This document shows, piece by piece, positions 1 through 13,947 of a DNA stretch of 64,000 nt. Location: positions 2,046,001 to 2,110,000 of the forward strand of contig NEEC01000007.1 of the NCBI GenBank assembly GCA_002189035.1, in the 5' to 3' direction. Source of the DNA: Utricularia gibba. Its lineage: Eukaryota > Plantae > Magnoliophyta. The notes under the pieces are model-generated. The model ran no database searches. It was given only the letters and a program-made list of their open reading frames with translations, and had not been told where the DNA came from. Position numbers and translations under genes: made by a program. The first letter of the stretch is position 1, and each line of letters opens with the position of its first letter.

Positions 1-1666
1 CAGAGATGAATTCAGAAAAAGTTTCAGTGCTCAGCATGAATGTTTGTTACCTTGAACGGTTTATCGACACCGGGTATGATAGGCTCCCGTGCCAGCATAA
101 GGAATCGAGTAATGTTATCAGAATCATCCTGAAAAGAAACAGAACAAGGTGTTAAACCATTCTCGAAATTCAATAAAAAGTTCACCAAAAGTTTGCATCC
201 CACCTGAATATCCTGAGCAAGAATATTCAAGTCATATATCTTAGCAGCTGCTAGACTAGCAACTGCTCCAGCGTCCCTCACGTCATTCAGAGCTATGTAC
301 TAAAAAATGAGCAGTGAAGGTTAAAATGATATAGCACTTTGGCTCATAAATCAACCCAAAGAAAGTGAGAAGTGTCAGCCGCTTCTCGAAACAAAACGAG
401 ATTTCAATGACATAAGCAGTAAAACTACCTTTGCAGCACCTGCAGTATCATCTACAGCTTCTCTAACCAAACCAAATTTTGTTAAGGTGTGCTCGCATTG
501 AGCAAGAGCCTGAAGTGTCAGTGGTTAGAATTGCAAGCCAAACAGAAAAGAATGTTAATGAGATTTTGTAGTTGGCATACCTGTGGATGGCTAAGGACCC
601 TCTTGAGATCTTCAAGGGGAACGCCATGGTTTGCTAGCAAACAATGCCTAATTGCTACCTTGACTTCTCCAACAATATGCAATCTATGCCGAAGTAAAAG
701 GTCATAGTTCCTGTGAATGCTGCCACCCAAAGAGTTCTCAATCGGTAAAACCGCTCTGTCCACAATCCACTTTTCAACAGCCTGAGAAGCATGGTTACAT
801 TATGAGAATGAAATATAAAGCTTAGATCATTTAAGCTTTTGAAGAGATGGGAATGTTCTGGCACCAAGGTAATGAAAAATTTGATTATCTTAAAACAGGT
901 AATTGTTGCACAGCTTACCTCGAAAGCTGTATCAAATTGTTCACAAGGCACTGGTTCACAATTCGGGTATGCCTTCTCTGCTGCGGACTCGCTGTATGCA
1001 CCTCGAACCCCCTTCAAAAACAGTCCAAAATATTGGCATTTACAGAGACAGGAGCATGCTAAGCTTGATGAACACAAAGTAAGATAATGGAATATGCTTC
1101 ACAAGCTCGTACAAAACAGCACATCTTCAAAAACTTCATTTTCTTTTTACATGGCTCCAACAAGACAGCAAGACATTCAATAGATGTATAAAAATCAAAC
1201 TACTTATCAGTGTGGTTGCTGAAACATATTCCAGGGAGTACAGCTTCATAAAAGGAGCCAACAGAATCCTCAAAATCAAACCTGATAAGCAACTCGGAGA
1301 CGAGGCCCATCTGATGCGGAATTCGACAACTGGGCAGACGTCAGAGGCCCTGAAACATTCAAAAGCGTAGATCATTCAGTTCCCCATCACAAATCCCAAT
1401 TCCAAAACAGTGCCCATAAGCATATCCATACTGGGAAGCGACGAGGGAGAATCTCTCGAGATGAGGTCAATCGAGGAATCCTCCGAGAGTTTCTGCAAGT
1501 CGGTGGCTTCAGGTTTCTGATAATTGCTGTTTTTCCCACCACAGCAGGCATACAGGGGGACAGAACGTGATCCTCTAAGGAAATGAATAGTGAAGATTGG
1601 ACTAGGATTAGAGTTAAGGTTTTGAAAAAGAGGAGGGATTAGGGATCCAGATGCCGCAGCCGCCAT
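1..1666 (-). CDS. ADT2: Arogenate/prephenate dehydratase, plastid, ADT2-like; 3' end runs off the window
   Basis: ATG at 1666 with a Ser/Ala-rich transit peptide. GT-AG exons (1666-1432, 1349-1282, 1011-~919 and onward) give [48 protein letters not shown] and [16 protein letters not shown]. The intron-rich structure fits the ADT1/ADT2 type. Confidence 0.93.
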
Positions 1667-1948
1667 TGTTGGAGGCGCGCGATCAGTTGCAATCGCAATG
1701 TAGAATTTGCGCCAGACTTGTTCGGTAAAATTCCAGTTTCCAAATATGGACTAAAGTGACGCCATCTCACCCGCCGCCACCTAGGTCACGGTCGTCCTCT
1801 TGAACCGCTCCGCGCGCCCTTGCTGCCAGAGACTCAGAGAGTGGGCGACAGTAGCTTTCCAGAGGTAAAATAGGGGAAATTTTATTAGATATTTACGACA
1901 ACCGTGCGGACGACAAGAAGAAAGTTGTACACATGGGGGGTAGTTCCC

Positions 1949-3874
1949 TTAGTTGTGGTAAGCTTCTCCTAATCTGCATTTCTTCTCCTGTGTTCTTCGA
2001 CTCTGCTCAAAACTCCCATACGCATCTCTGGTTCGCAAGAACAGCACCAAACACGCCAACAAGCCGACGACGGATATGCCGCCCCACCACAGAAACGTCA
2101 TGAAGTAGCACCGCCTTCCCATGCACATCGTCATGTCGCCCTTACTCCAGGGCATCCACCGGGAATTGGAATCATACACCTTAGCCGCTAGGAAGCCGTA
2201 GACGAGCGAACCGATGGGTATGTTGGTTATGAGAATGTTGTGGTTCACGCTCGCACTCTCAGGTCCGAACAGCTCCGACGTTATGGATACCGCAGCGGCA
2301 AAGATGAACCCGGAGCTGAGTCCGATCATCGCGGTGGCGGCTTCGATCGCCAGTAGTCTGTCCCCCATTGCTGTCACGAGGAATAGTGCAACCGGAGTTG
2401 GAATCAGCGCCATGGCTAGCCATCCGGTCCTAGGGAAGTACACCTTCCTAGTATCGCAGGTACAAATTCGCCATTCATTAGATCACCACTACCCACAGTA
2501 ACATAAACATTTCAAGAAGATCAAGAGAAGAGTTTTGCTTACATTCTGAAGAAATCCGGAGCGGCTGAGAGCAATCGCCCGAAGAAGGAGAAGGAGGAGT
2601 ATATGGTTATGAGTACGGAATTAAGAGAAGCATGGCCTAAGGATTGAGCTATTTGTCCGAGATTGTTGCTGTAGACCAGGCCAATAGTCCCTCCACACAA
2701 GTACGAGATATAGTACAGCCAAAATTCAAGACTCCCAAGGAGCATGGGCAAGTCATGCTCTTGCCCAAGCATCACAACTGGATCATCAAGGCTGTCGCGG
2801 CTGAGGAGCTCCTTGTGCATCTCAAGGCTCTCGTCATCGACGAGCATGAATCCAGATCCTTCGAAATGGAAGCTGGAGTAAACCGTGCGTTTGAACCAAC
2901 TTCGGGCACAGACGATGCCCGGGATCCCCAAAGGAAGGACTAGAAGAAGCACGGCACCACCGAAGAGTATGGCGGCAATCAATGGCTGTGTGGGATGGAG
3001 GAAAAGGAGATACAAGCCGGTGATGATGGCTAACAAGTTAAGCATAAAAAATGTGAGCTGATTGCGTTTAGCAACGTCGAGATCTATCGGTTCATCGCTC
3101 GATGGCTGAAGAAGAATCGATGGCAATGCTACGATTGAGGTTATAAGAGGGACTAAAGCATTGAGGAGCAGATAGATGGAGGAGGAAGAGGCGTTGAGGG
3201 AGGTCGCAATGAGGTTGTACAGAGCAGGGCTCAAGCCATTAAAGCTGATAGTGAGAGACAGGGCAAGTGGCCTAGTGAAGGGGAAGTTCCTCAGGCACAG
3301 AACAAAGCACACTGTGTTGAACCAGCAGATGCTCAGTCCAGCGAACAAGCACAGAAAGAACACCTGCAAATAACACTTTTGTTCTAGAAGCTGATTTTCC
3401 ATTTACATCAATTTTGACGTACAAGCAAATAGAATTTAATTTTGATTAAAAATCAAAATTTAAATGAATAAATTTATATAAAAAAATTAAAAAAACTGTT
3501 TTCACGAAATTGACATACCAGGAGTCAGTTGAATGGCTGAAAATGCAGGGCGGATGCAAACTAACCGCAAAATAAGGCAAGGCGATGACGTTGCTTATCA
3601 CGAGCCACTGGAGCCCGTAACCAACGATCCCCATCCCGGCGGCGATGAACATCGTCGTTTCGAGGCGCAAGGACCTGATAGCGAGCCCCGACGACCATCC
3701 GATGGCCTTGCCGAGATCCGACGCGGTGGCGAGGTAGTTGAGCTGCACCTGCGACACGCCGAGTACGGCCTTCATCTCCGAGGAGTAAGCGGAGAAATCA
3801 AAGTTCGTCCCGGTGAAGGCCTGAATCCAGATCGTCGCTACTAGAATCATCCACTTCCGGGATTGCCCAGCCAT
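1949..3874 (-). CDS. Nodulin-like / major facilitator superfamily protein (NUCLEAR FUSION DEFECTIVE 4-like)
   Basis: ATG at 3874 (MAGQSRKWMILVATIWIQAFTGTNFDFSAYSS). Exons 3874-3566, 3363-2543 and 2447-1949 join in frame. Multiple hydrophobic helices, and the motifs LCGGTIGLVYSNNLGQIAQSLG and SELFGP..VNHNILITNIPIGS. Confidence 0.92.
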
Positions 3875-5163
3875 GAACACGGCCGCGCGCGGAGATACCC
3901 AACCCCCCACCTAACCTGTGCTTCCCAGACTGGGGCGAGTAGCACGAGTCTCGTTAGCCTGAATAGTGTAGCCCCGCTCCTTCGTTACTTGTAGTTTTAA
4001 AAGTCTTTTTCAATTATTTTAAAAATTCTGAATGAAAAATGTACCAAACCCTTGTGAACGAATTTTACAAAATTATAATGATTTTATATTATGTATAAAA
4101 TTTTAATTTTCAATCTGATTTTACTGAATTTTTTCTCATATTTTTAACACAATGCGAAGTGTACTTTATTATTCATGTGAGTATGAGGAAAATAGGACAT
4201 GGTAGATAGTGTTAACTAGTAAAGATGAGTGGGAATGAATAAATCTAAGTTATTATTCATGATATCCCATATTAATTATAAAAGAGATAAAGTATAAAAC
4301 ATAAAACTATAAGAATTAGATATTTAAAATAGATAATATTATGTAAGAGGAGAGTGAATTGCGATATTTAATATATGGTAATAAATTATAATGTGTTACC
4401 AATTATAAAGAATTTAAATTAACGATAGATGCTAGTTTATGATTTACGTGAAGAGTGTATAAGATATAGGAAATTAGTCCGTTATGCTTTAATCGAATGC
4501 AAAGAAATTGAGATTTTTTGGAATTATTTGAAAACATTGTGTGATGATAATTTGTGTTATCAATGAAATCAACATAAGATCTAAAATTTGTTATAAATTG
4601 TTACACAAGAGAGATTGTCGAAAGTTACGAGAACTATAAGTGTCATCTTGTATGTTGCATTATGAGAAATCGAAAAAATAACAAATATTTTAAATAAATT
4701 ATATATTTATTACGAGTACGAAAAACTACTATATTTAGTGGTTTGGATAGTTTACTTTATTGAATATTTTTTAAAAATATATAAAATAAATATCATTCAA
4801 ATTTTATTTTTTTAAAAAAATAGAAAAAGTTATTGGTTTATATATGTACACCATCAATCACGAGAGTAAAAGCGGACCTTTGATTAAGTGGGCCGTTTAG
4901 TTGGGCTTTCAGTTGGTGTTTAAGACTGGCTTCTTTTTCTTCTTCCTCTTGACTTGAAGAGCTCTCTCTGATTTATGTTCTCTTTTTCCAACATCGGGCT
5001 TTAATCCTCCTGTATTTGCTCCCCTCTCTTCAAGGTAAGTAACGATTGATATGTTTCGCGTAAGGATGAAGGAGATGTACTAGCAAGATTTACAGTTTTT
5101 ATGCACCCATTAACTGTTCGAGGAAATGCTTGAAAGGTTTTCCTGTGTTTCTTCAGGTTATGC

Positions 5164-6367
5164 ATGGATTTAGCACAATATATCTTAGATGGAAATGCTG
5201 ATGCTGTGGAATTCTGTACCCATGATTCATTCTATAATGTTCTTGCAGCCTCTACTTACGTGCTTCAGGAGGACGATTGTCCTACTCGGTTAGGTTGTAT
5301 AGCATTTTTTAATGTTGATGCTGATTCTGGGAACCTGGAACTTGATCAAAAGCTCGACACAGCCGGTGTTTTTGATATAAAGTGGAGCACAAGATGCTCT
5401 GACAACCTGAGCAGCCCTTTGCTTGCTCAAGCTGATGCTGATGGCTGTATTCGGGTCTACAGTTTGGTGGAGACCTCATCAGATATCCCAGGAAAGCATG
5501 GTATGCTTTTTTCATACGGATTACTCTTTGATAATTAGTCTTCGCCGATCTTACAACGTTCCTGTCATGACTGCGCGATTAATAAGTAGCTAATATGTTA
5601 ATTCTACTCCATGGAAAGTGAGACATTTATACGAGCAGTGATGAGTAACTGATCTTTTTTCTCGTGCAGGGAACGCTGTTAATGAGGTGTGTGGTGAACG
5701 TATAAGTTATTCAATGAACCTGTGTGTTGACTGGAATCCCCTTGCTACATCCATGGCAGTGGGGCACTCCGATGGAACAGTTTCAATTGTCTCCCTCGAT
5801 GAATCGCAATTAACCCGAAGACAAACATGGAATGCGCATGAGTTTGAACTCTGGGCTGCTTCCTTCGACATTCAACACCCAATGCTCGTCTACACTGGAT
5901 CAGATGACTGTAGGTTCAGTTGCTGGGATCTGCGAGAGGATCCTTCAAAAATCGTCTTCCAGAACAGCAAGGCACATAAGATGGGAGTTTGTTGCATAGC
6001 AAAAAGCCCATTTGATTCCAATACTCTACTCACTGGTAGCTACGACGAATCTTTGAGGATATGGGATGTGAGATCGACCTCTTCACCTGTAAATGAATCC
6101 TCAACCTCTCTAGGGGGTGGGGTGTGGAGAATCAAGCATCACCCACAAGTTCCTGGATTAGTCTTGACAGCGTGCATGCACAATGGGTTTGCAATTGTTA
6201 GATTCGACAAGGCCGGAGGAGTTAGAGTAGTGGAAACTTACAAGAAACACTCTTCGCTTGCCTATGGAGCAGATTGGCAAAGAGGGAGGAGCTCTGCCAT
6301 TGCAACATGCTCATTTTATGATAAGATGGTTCGTCTATGGCGACCAGAAACCGGTATGTCCACTTGA
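5164..6367 (+). CDS. DPH7: WD40 diphthine methyltransferase homolog (DPH7/WDR85)
   Basis: Exons 5164-5500 and 5670-6367, joined by a phase-1 intron that is in frame. Motifs include DGNADAVEFC, AHEFELW, LLTGSYDESLRIWDVR, GGGVWRIKHHP, H.SLAYGADW and TCSFYDK. Confidence 0.9.
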
Positions 6368-6644
6368 TTTAGAGATTTTTATTCAGTTGTAAGAACATAT
6401 GTAGCAATAAAGCTTCACTTATGCATCTCTAGCTCAAGGCAGGCACGCCGCACCACGATAAAGTAAAAGAGTGCATAATACCAACTGGAATCAAGTTGGA
6501 GATCATATGTCCAGATGATAGCAGAATTACAATGTACTTACCAGTCAAAAACTTGAGATGGCGAGTCTGAGCACGAAACAGAGTTCATTCTGTTGGTGAA
6601 TAGGCCAAGGGAAAGGGCACATGTATGAAACCACTCTTCCTTGT

Positions 6645-7980
6645 CTAATCTATTGGAACTTCGACTTCCATCTTCAACTCTGAACTCCCCAGAATCTGTG
6701 AACATGGAGTCACTGTTTCAAGAGCTAGGAAAATAATGCAAGGAATACCTACGAAAGCTAGGAAGAGATATGAAAGATCGCCTGAGTAAAGGATTGATCC
6801 ATGTCATGTGAGCAAGCGCCATTCATTCAAGGTTAGCATAATGTTATGACTAAAATGAAATATTCGTACATTATGATAGCTTAGGAACAGTAAAATTCTC
6901 CATATTCATATGATGCATTCATCTGTGCATACCTTCATGAAGTCGGCAGGAGCTAGCAGGGAGTCTCTTTTATAACCAGCTTCCTGGAGAACTCGAGCCA
7001 GAACTTTCTAAACAGAGAGAAGAAGATGAAACACTGGTTCTCCTTGTTTGGCTCAATGCTAGCCAGAAAAGCGGCATACAGTTAAAGCAAAACACACAAA
7101 ATAAACTGGATGTCACACCTCTCTCTGCTGTTCAGTTAGGAAGTGGCCAGACAAGTCCCGCAGTATATCAAGCATCTTATTGAAACTTACTTTTCCATTG
7201 CTATCATAGTCATAGAACTTGAAGATAACTGGATATGGAGAACACATAGTGGATCAGTTCAAAACCCTGGCAAGAGCAGCATTCAAAGGATAGTAAAAGA
7301 ACTGGGCTAGCACATCATACAGTCAATTTTTTGTTCAACTGTAGCACGAGAGCTGAAAGGCGATAAGAATGCCATGAATTCCTTGAAATTTAGTCCATCC
7401 AGCATCCTTAATAATCTCTGAGAAACAAACACAGATCTAGACTTCACATGCTATTTCTCCAAAACAGGAAGACAAAATGCAAATGACTTATGCAGGATAG
7501 AAAAGAGTTCCACAAGACACTGGCAGAAGTGCAACCTGAGAGAGTGGATTAACAGCAAATTCAGGGACAATCATGAACTCATCCCCAGAGATGAATCCCT
7601 TCCCATTTCTATCCAACTGGCAGAACCTCTGGTACAAAGATACAATTTCTTGCTGGGAAACTACAAATGCAGAAGCAAAAGCAATTCTTAATTCTAAACC
7701 ATCCAGAAAATTAACACTACAAAACAATAATAGGCAATCGAAGTCCCATCATATTAGAACAAAAGACCGATCAATGAAATAACCCGGATTGCAAAAACCC
7801 AGATTTTGATCAAAAGTTGAGCAAAATACGTCATCCCGTGAACGAGAATTATTTCAAAATTCAAGAAATTCAATTCTGGGACAAAACGAGTAGTGAGAAT
7901 AAGAGGAATACATGTATGATTGCAGTGCTCCTGGACCTCTTCGATATCGTACTGGGTGAGCATGGAGGAGCTATTCCCAT
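6645..7980 (-). CDS. Calcineurin subunit B-like EF-hand protein; apparent 1-nt deletion just after the ATG
   Basis: Exons 7980-~7911, 7660-7536, 7417-7321, 7228-7119, 7007-6933 and 6695-6645 give (M)GNSSSMLTQYDIEEVQEHCNHTFSQQEIVSLYQRFCQLDRNGKGFISGDEF...FKFYDYDSNGKVSF...MEVEVPID*. The ATG at 7980 is one base out of frame with GNSSSML. Confidence 0.9.
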
Positions 7981-8658
7981 TCAAATCTCAATCAGGAAAT
8001 TCCCAGAACAAAAAAAATAGAAGAGGGAAAAAAAGGGTTCGATACGTTCTAGGAATACAGCGTAAGAAATCTTCGAGGCTACGGCCGATGGCGGACACAC
8101 AGCCCACGGGTGCGACTGCGTTGGCTCAACTCGTGCGGCTGTTCACGGAGCCGGGTGATTCGATAAGCTGAAGTGCATTTATTAAGATATTTTTTAATAG
8201 CTTCTTCAAAATCCTCGGTGAATTAGTCCGCTTGGCCGCCTCCATCACTTGATCACACAGCGGAGTATGCATTCTTCTCCGTTCGGCGCCTCCAGTCTCA
8301 GGGTAATTGCAGAACAGATGATAATATTTCCATTTCAATCACAGAGTTGGGGGGCGTATGGCAGGGGAGTCATTGAGAACCACACTCTATTTGGGATGCC
8401 TATCTTTTTCTGCTGCATGTTTGCATGCGAAGATCAATTTCATTTCATCGATCCGAGCTTATTATACATATAGAGAGATCTCCATGTCGAATGGATGTCT
8501 AGACTAATTGCATAAACTCAGCAACAAATCTCTGAACTGCTGCAGCATGAACAAGTGCAAAAGCTACGGTGGGAGCTTCTGCTAAAAGCATGCTGATTAA
8601 CCTTAAAGATTGAATTTTTATTCAAGCAGGTGGCCAACCGGCGAGCAATGACAAACCA

Positions 8659-9234
<576 letters not shown>

Positions 9235-9993
9235 TCTTGCTTCCGGTTGGTAATATACAGACAGATACAAGCTACAAGATCCTTCACAAATCAAAGCCCG
9301 AAAACACGAAATAAAGCCACATCAAGACTAAGATTTTCTGATTCCTGATTCCCATCAGGGTATATGACCCATGGAAAAAAAAAAACCCATCCAAATCATT
9401 CCTTCTAGAGAGGAAAAGCATAAACACAACTAGGAATCAACTACCATCACATCCCAAATCGCCAAATATCATGAAAAGCAATAAAGAACAAGAAAACGAG
9501 GAAACATATGAAGGCACCAATCAAAAATCAGGGAATAAAACGACGCCCGCATCAATTAGTTCGTTAATCGAAGAACCGCAGAGAAGAATCAACCTTGGCA
9601 ACCGGCGAGAACTGAAGAACTGGCGACGGCGAAAAGCGGAAGGAACTAAATGCCGAACGCGAATCTGCCGATCAATATAAAAATATTAAATATGTTATTT
9701 TGCAAAAAAACCTTCATACGCTACTTTTGATAAGAATATATTTAATCTATTTTTCATTTTATTTTTTATTTTTTATTTAATTTCTTTTACAAATGAATTG
9801 AGTCATGTACATTATTTATATTATTTATAAATTTGAAATGTTTTTAATTTTGTATATTAAATACAAAAATCCTGGATTTTAGAGCACTCGGTAATAAAAT
9901 GGTGAAATTTCATTTCTTATATACACAGTTTTAATAATTTCACCTATTTATTTGTATTTGTGTAAGATTATTGGGATGCTTCTTTGGGAGTTT

Positions 9994-10135
9994 TGGGCTG
10001 GGCTTCGTGGGTTCTGGGCCGATTAGGGCTTGTTGTAGCTTGCTACGCTGGCTTGATGTGCTGGTTTTACTAAAATAATTTGGGCCAGCTTTTTTGGTTT
10101 ATATGGGCCGAGGTTTGTGAATACTGATATGGGCT
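9994..10135 (+). promoter_or_regulatory. Cluster of six site II (TGGGCY) motifs upstream of UFM1
   Basis: TGGGCT or TGGGCC at 9994, 9999, 10015, 10081, 10104 and 10130, all on one strand, within otherwise AT-rich intergenic DNA. Confidence 0.5.
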
Positions 10136-10391
10136 TTTGGACTAGGCTTGTGGGAGCACTTGTAACACATTGTTGGACATGAACGGACTCCGTTCAAACT
10201 GGATATGAGCCTGTTGAAACGGAGCCCATCTTCAATGATCCATTAGCCAATTTTCAAAGCAAAATAAATGATAAATGACAATAAATTTACCACTTATTTG
10301 CATTATTGCATTTATTAGGGTTGCACTAACCTGTATCTGTATGACATTACAGCACACTTTTGATATGGATACGAGAGCAGCATCTGTGTGT

Positions 10392-13300
10392 CTATCCTGC
10401 ATCAGCAGTGAAATCTGGCTCCGGTGGCTTCTGGAGTTTCAGCAGCTCCCTAGCACCTTTCAGATTCCGGTTCCGGTGGACTCCACGGAGGGCGTTCGCC
10501 ACAAACTTGGATGCAAGGAAAGCAGCACCCATGCTATGCGAACCTCCGCCTGGAAAGATGCTGGGAGCAGACGAGTCCTCTACTTCCTCCTCCTCCTCCT
10601 CCCTCCGCCGCATCGCAAAGAGCTTCCGTTTCAGGTACCGTCTCCAGGCAGCCTGGATAAAGCATGCTGCCCACGTTCGCCATTGTTGTGAGTAAAACCT
10701 GAATGTGTGCTGCACCTGTCGACTGTGCAGCCGCCTGAACTGGCCGGCAACAAACTTCAGCTCATCTGCTGTGAGGGCGAACGCCTCGACCTCCGTCGGG
10801 GCCTTCACCGTTCGAGTGGAAGATGGAAGGTTTGCAGCAGATTTGGGGTCTAGAGCCCATGTGAGAAGCTCCTCTCCACAGAAATCCCCTTCATTCAGCA
10901 TGCTGCGGTTGAAGAAACCACTTCTTCCTCCGTCAGTAGTCACACTCTCGAGCCGGCCGCGTATCAGGAATATCATTTGGTCCACCGGGTCACCTTCCCG
11001 GACGAGGTACGTGTTCTCTGTAAATAAGCACGGCTTCAGCCGCTCACAGATAGCATCAAGCAACCGCTCATCCATGTTCGCAAAGAGTGGCACCTGAAAA
11101 ACCAGTGATCACAATGGCTCAGCTCAGGTTTCTAGGCAGAAAAGACTTCTGATCGGAGAGGACATTAGATGTGCAGTGGCGGAAAGCGTTATACAGCAAG
11201 TGCCATATCCAACAACCCCAGCAGCATTTCCAGAACAAGAAGAAAAAAAAAATGGAGAAGCAAAGCAATGCAATTACCCTCTTGACCAAAGCCAAACAAA
11301 GATGACGTTTTATGTCTCTTCTAAGATCCTTAGGTAGACTCTGAACTATGCTTTCTTCATCCACCCCACGAGTTTCCAACCATTTATACTGATCATATCG
11401 CCTAACTCGGTCCCTAAGATCTGAAGGAAGCAAGCGATGACGCATCCATTGCTCTGAGTCCCGCCTCTTAACTCTCATCTCTTCAAGGCGAATTGTGAGT
11501 GACTGTAGGTAGGTCTGTCGCAGCAGTCATAGAAAAGAAAACTGCTTAGCATAAAAAGTTATGTAAAGATCTGCTCCTTCAAAAAAAAAGACACTTGGAG
11601 AGGGAGAAGATGAAAATAGTTCTTGGGGAGTCATGTTTGTTATCATAGTTCTTGGAGCATTTTGAAAGTTTACTGTTTTCTACTTGCATGTGATAATTCA
11701 GCCACACAAAATGGCTTAGCTTCTCGAAAAGTTACATAAAATCATGCCAAATGCTACGCCTCCGTTACCTGCATGTTTCCAATCAAGAGAGCAAACAGAA
11801 TGAGACCAACGATTGCAAGTAAAATGCTGAACAGAGTCTCTCCGACAAAGGTGCTGGTTTGAAGTCCTTGTCCAAGAGTGCTGCAGGCGGAGAAAGGGGG
11901 TTCAAGAAAAGAGGAAAAGAACAATGGTGACAGAAATCAATGCCGAATACCTCAGATTCTGAAGCCCCCACCACAGGCAAAAACAGTACTTAGAGGCAAA
12001 GATTCTGGATGAAACCACACCAGATGACAAAGCCAGCCTGAAGATGCCAAAATCAAATGGCGGGTTATCAATGTCATTCACAGGGCAAGCTGAAGATATG
12101 ACAGTATCACTGATGTTGCTCCAGATATTGTATCCATCCATATTTTGATTTCCACAATATAAGAAATCTGTGCTACAGCTTTGATTGCGTCTACAAGCTT
12201 CCTCCCAACAATAGGTGTTGCGTTCCGCAGATAACAAGTACCAAAACGCTCCAACTATCTGCACACCAGATAAGATACGAGGTGTGAATTATAGCCAAAA
12301 AAAATGCTCAAGAAAACGATTGATCATTTCACAAGCATATTTGGACGTAGTATCAATTAAGAAACAGAATTCAGGGGAGGATGGAATGACCAGATAAAAG
12401 CAAAGCTTACATGACTAGCAAGCATATATAGCAGAAGATAAGACACAGCACCAGCCCATGCAGTTTCAGCAAATGCACCAGATGTTCTTTTCAGTTCTGA
12501 GGAAAGTGGAAATATTCGGGCAAATCTAGGAACATATTGGACCAAAATGATAATTAATAATGCTCGTTTGGTACCCACTACATCTACGCCTCCTGAGCCC
12601 TGCAGGAATTTCCAAACAATTATCTGCAAAATAGCAAAAACGTGTAAGTAGTATATAGTAAAAGAATCTCAGAGTCTTCATACACTATACCAAACTGCAA
12701 ATCAAATATAAATCAGCGTATAAAGCATGGGAATACGAAAAGGGGTTCCTGGAAATCAATCATCCCGTTGGCAGAATACATAATGTTGTAAGAAGACTAA
12801 TGTAACTTGAAAGCATTTCTCTGACCTGCGGAATGGGAAGCACAGAGAGGAAATCAATGATGAAATAGTACTTCAAGTATCGTGCAGCAATACGTTTAGG
12901 ATCTATGACAAGTTCGCCTCGACCAAACACTCGAGAAGATGGGGCAATGTATGCAGTTCGAAACTGGAGGGCCATGTGAATCAGGTAAAATGCATCAATA
13001 ACGGTACGGATGGTTGTAGCTATGATGGCCAACTTTCTATCAATATCCAGGCAACGTGATGGCTGATCAATCACAGGAAGATAGAAAAAAAATGGATCCA
13101 CAGATATGCTGAAGATGCATGACATTACAAAAAGCTTGTTCCAAAATGTAAGATTTTTGTCCTGTGGGTCAAGAATCTTCTTCTCCGAAACTTTAAGGTC
13201 TTCGGAGAATACAGCTCTAGAAACACCAAACCCAAGGGATCGACCAATAGACTTTAGTCCTTGAGAGCCCTTTCCCATTCCGCTTTGGAATGTCTTAAGT

Positions 13301-13595
13301 GAACCTTGAGATGTAAGGCCTTCACGAGAGATGCCATCAAAAGCCAAACCATATTTGCTCACCCCAGGATTTGCCGGTGATGAAGTTCGTGAATCCCAAT
13401 CCTCCCACCTTAGAAAGATTACGGTGATCAATAATCAACTAAATGTGCAAACACACTAAAGAAATCCAAGTTTCTTGACATAATCCCATTTCTTAATGCA
13501 AGGATCATTTCTCATACAGTAAGACAGAACTGGATACCTTACAAACATGTCTATCAGTTTGGGAATGTACTGGGCATGTGACTGGATTAAAACAT
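10392..13595 (-). CDS. CNGC: Cyclic nucleotide-gated channel, group II (CNGC5/6-like)
   Basis: Motifs include GLKSIGRSLGFGVSRAVFSEDLKVSEKKILDPQD, pore WWGLQNLSTLGQGLQTS, CNBD GDFCGEELLTWAL and IQ motif FIQAAWRRY. The small first exon ends at 13538 (MFVR|WEDW). The start is either the ATG at 13548 or a frameshifted ATG at 13595. Confidence 0.95.
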
Positions 13596-13924
13596 CTCAC
13601 CACACACACGCACCTGCATGAAAACAGAGCTTTTTTACTATGACAAACCACATAAATATGTAAAACTAGGCCGCATGTTTTATACAAATTAGCTCCCTGG
13701 TAGAAAATCTCAATAGGAATTGAGAAATACAATGTAGAACAGCGAACGTGTATACCCAATAATATCATCAACACCAATAAACCCCCAAGACCTAGAGGAT
13801 GAAATATACAAAAAACGAAACTTCATAAACATAAACAGGCAAGGAGTAAAAAAGAATCTATCCGAAGTTAGTCTAAGGTAAATCGTGTGATGTCCATGGA
13901 CAAAGTCAGCAAAGACAAAACTAC

Positions 13925-13947
13925 AAAAAAAAAAAAAAAAAAAAAAA
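13925..13947 (+). repeat. Poly(A) tract of 23 nt (poly-T on the CNGC sense strand, in the 5' leader region)
   Basis: Read directly from the sequence. Confidence 0.9.

Noticed and set aside
3875-3910. ORF-track starts at GTG/TTG (for example 3910, 7984, 28920, 60666)
   Set aside because: This is a eukaryotic nuclear sequence; in-frame or nearby ATGs with suitable context explain the genes.
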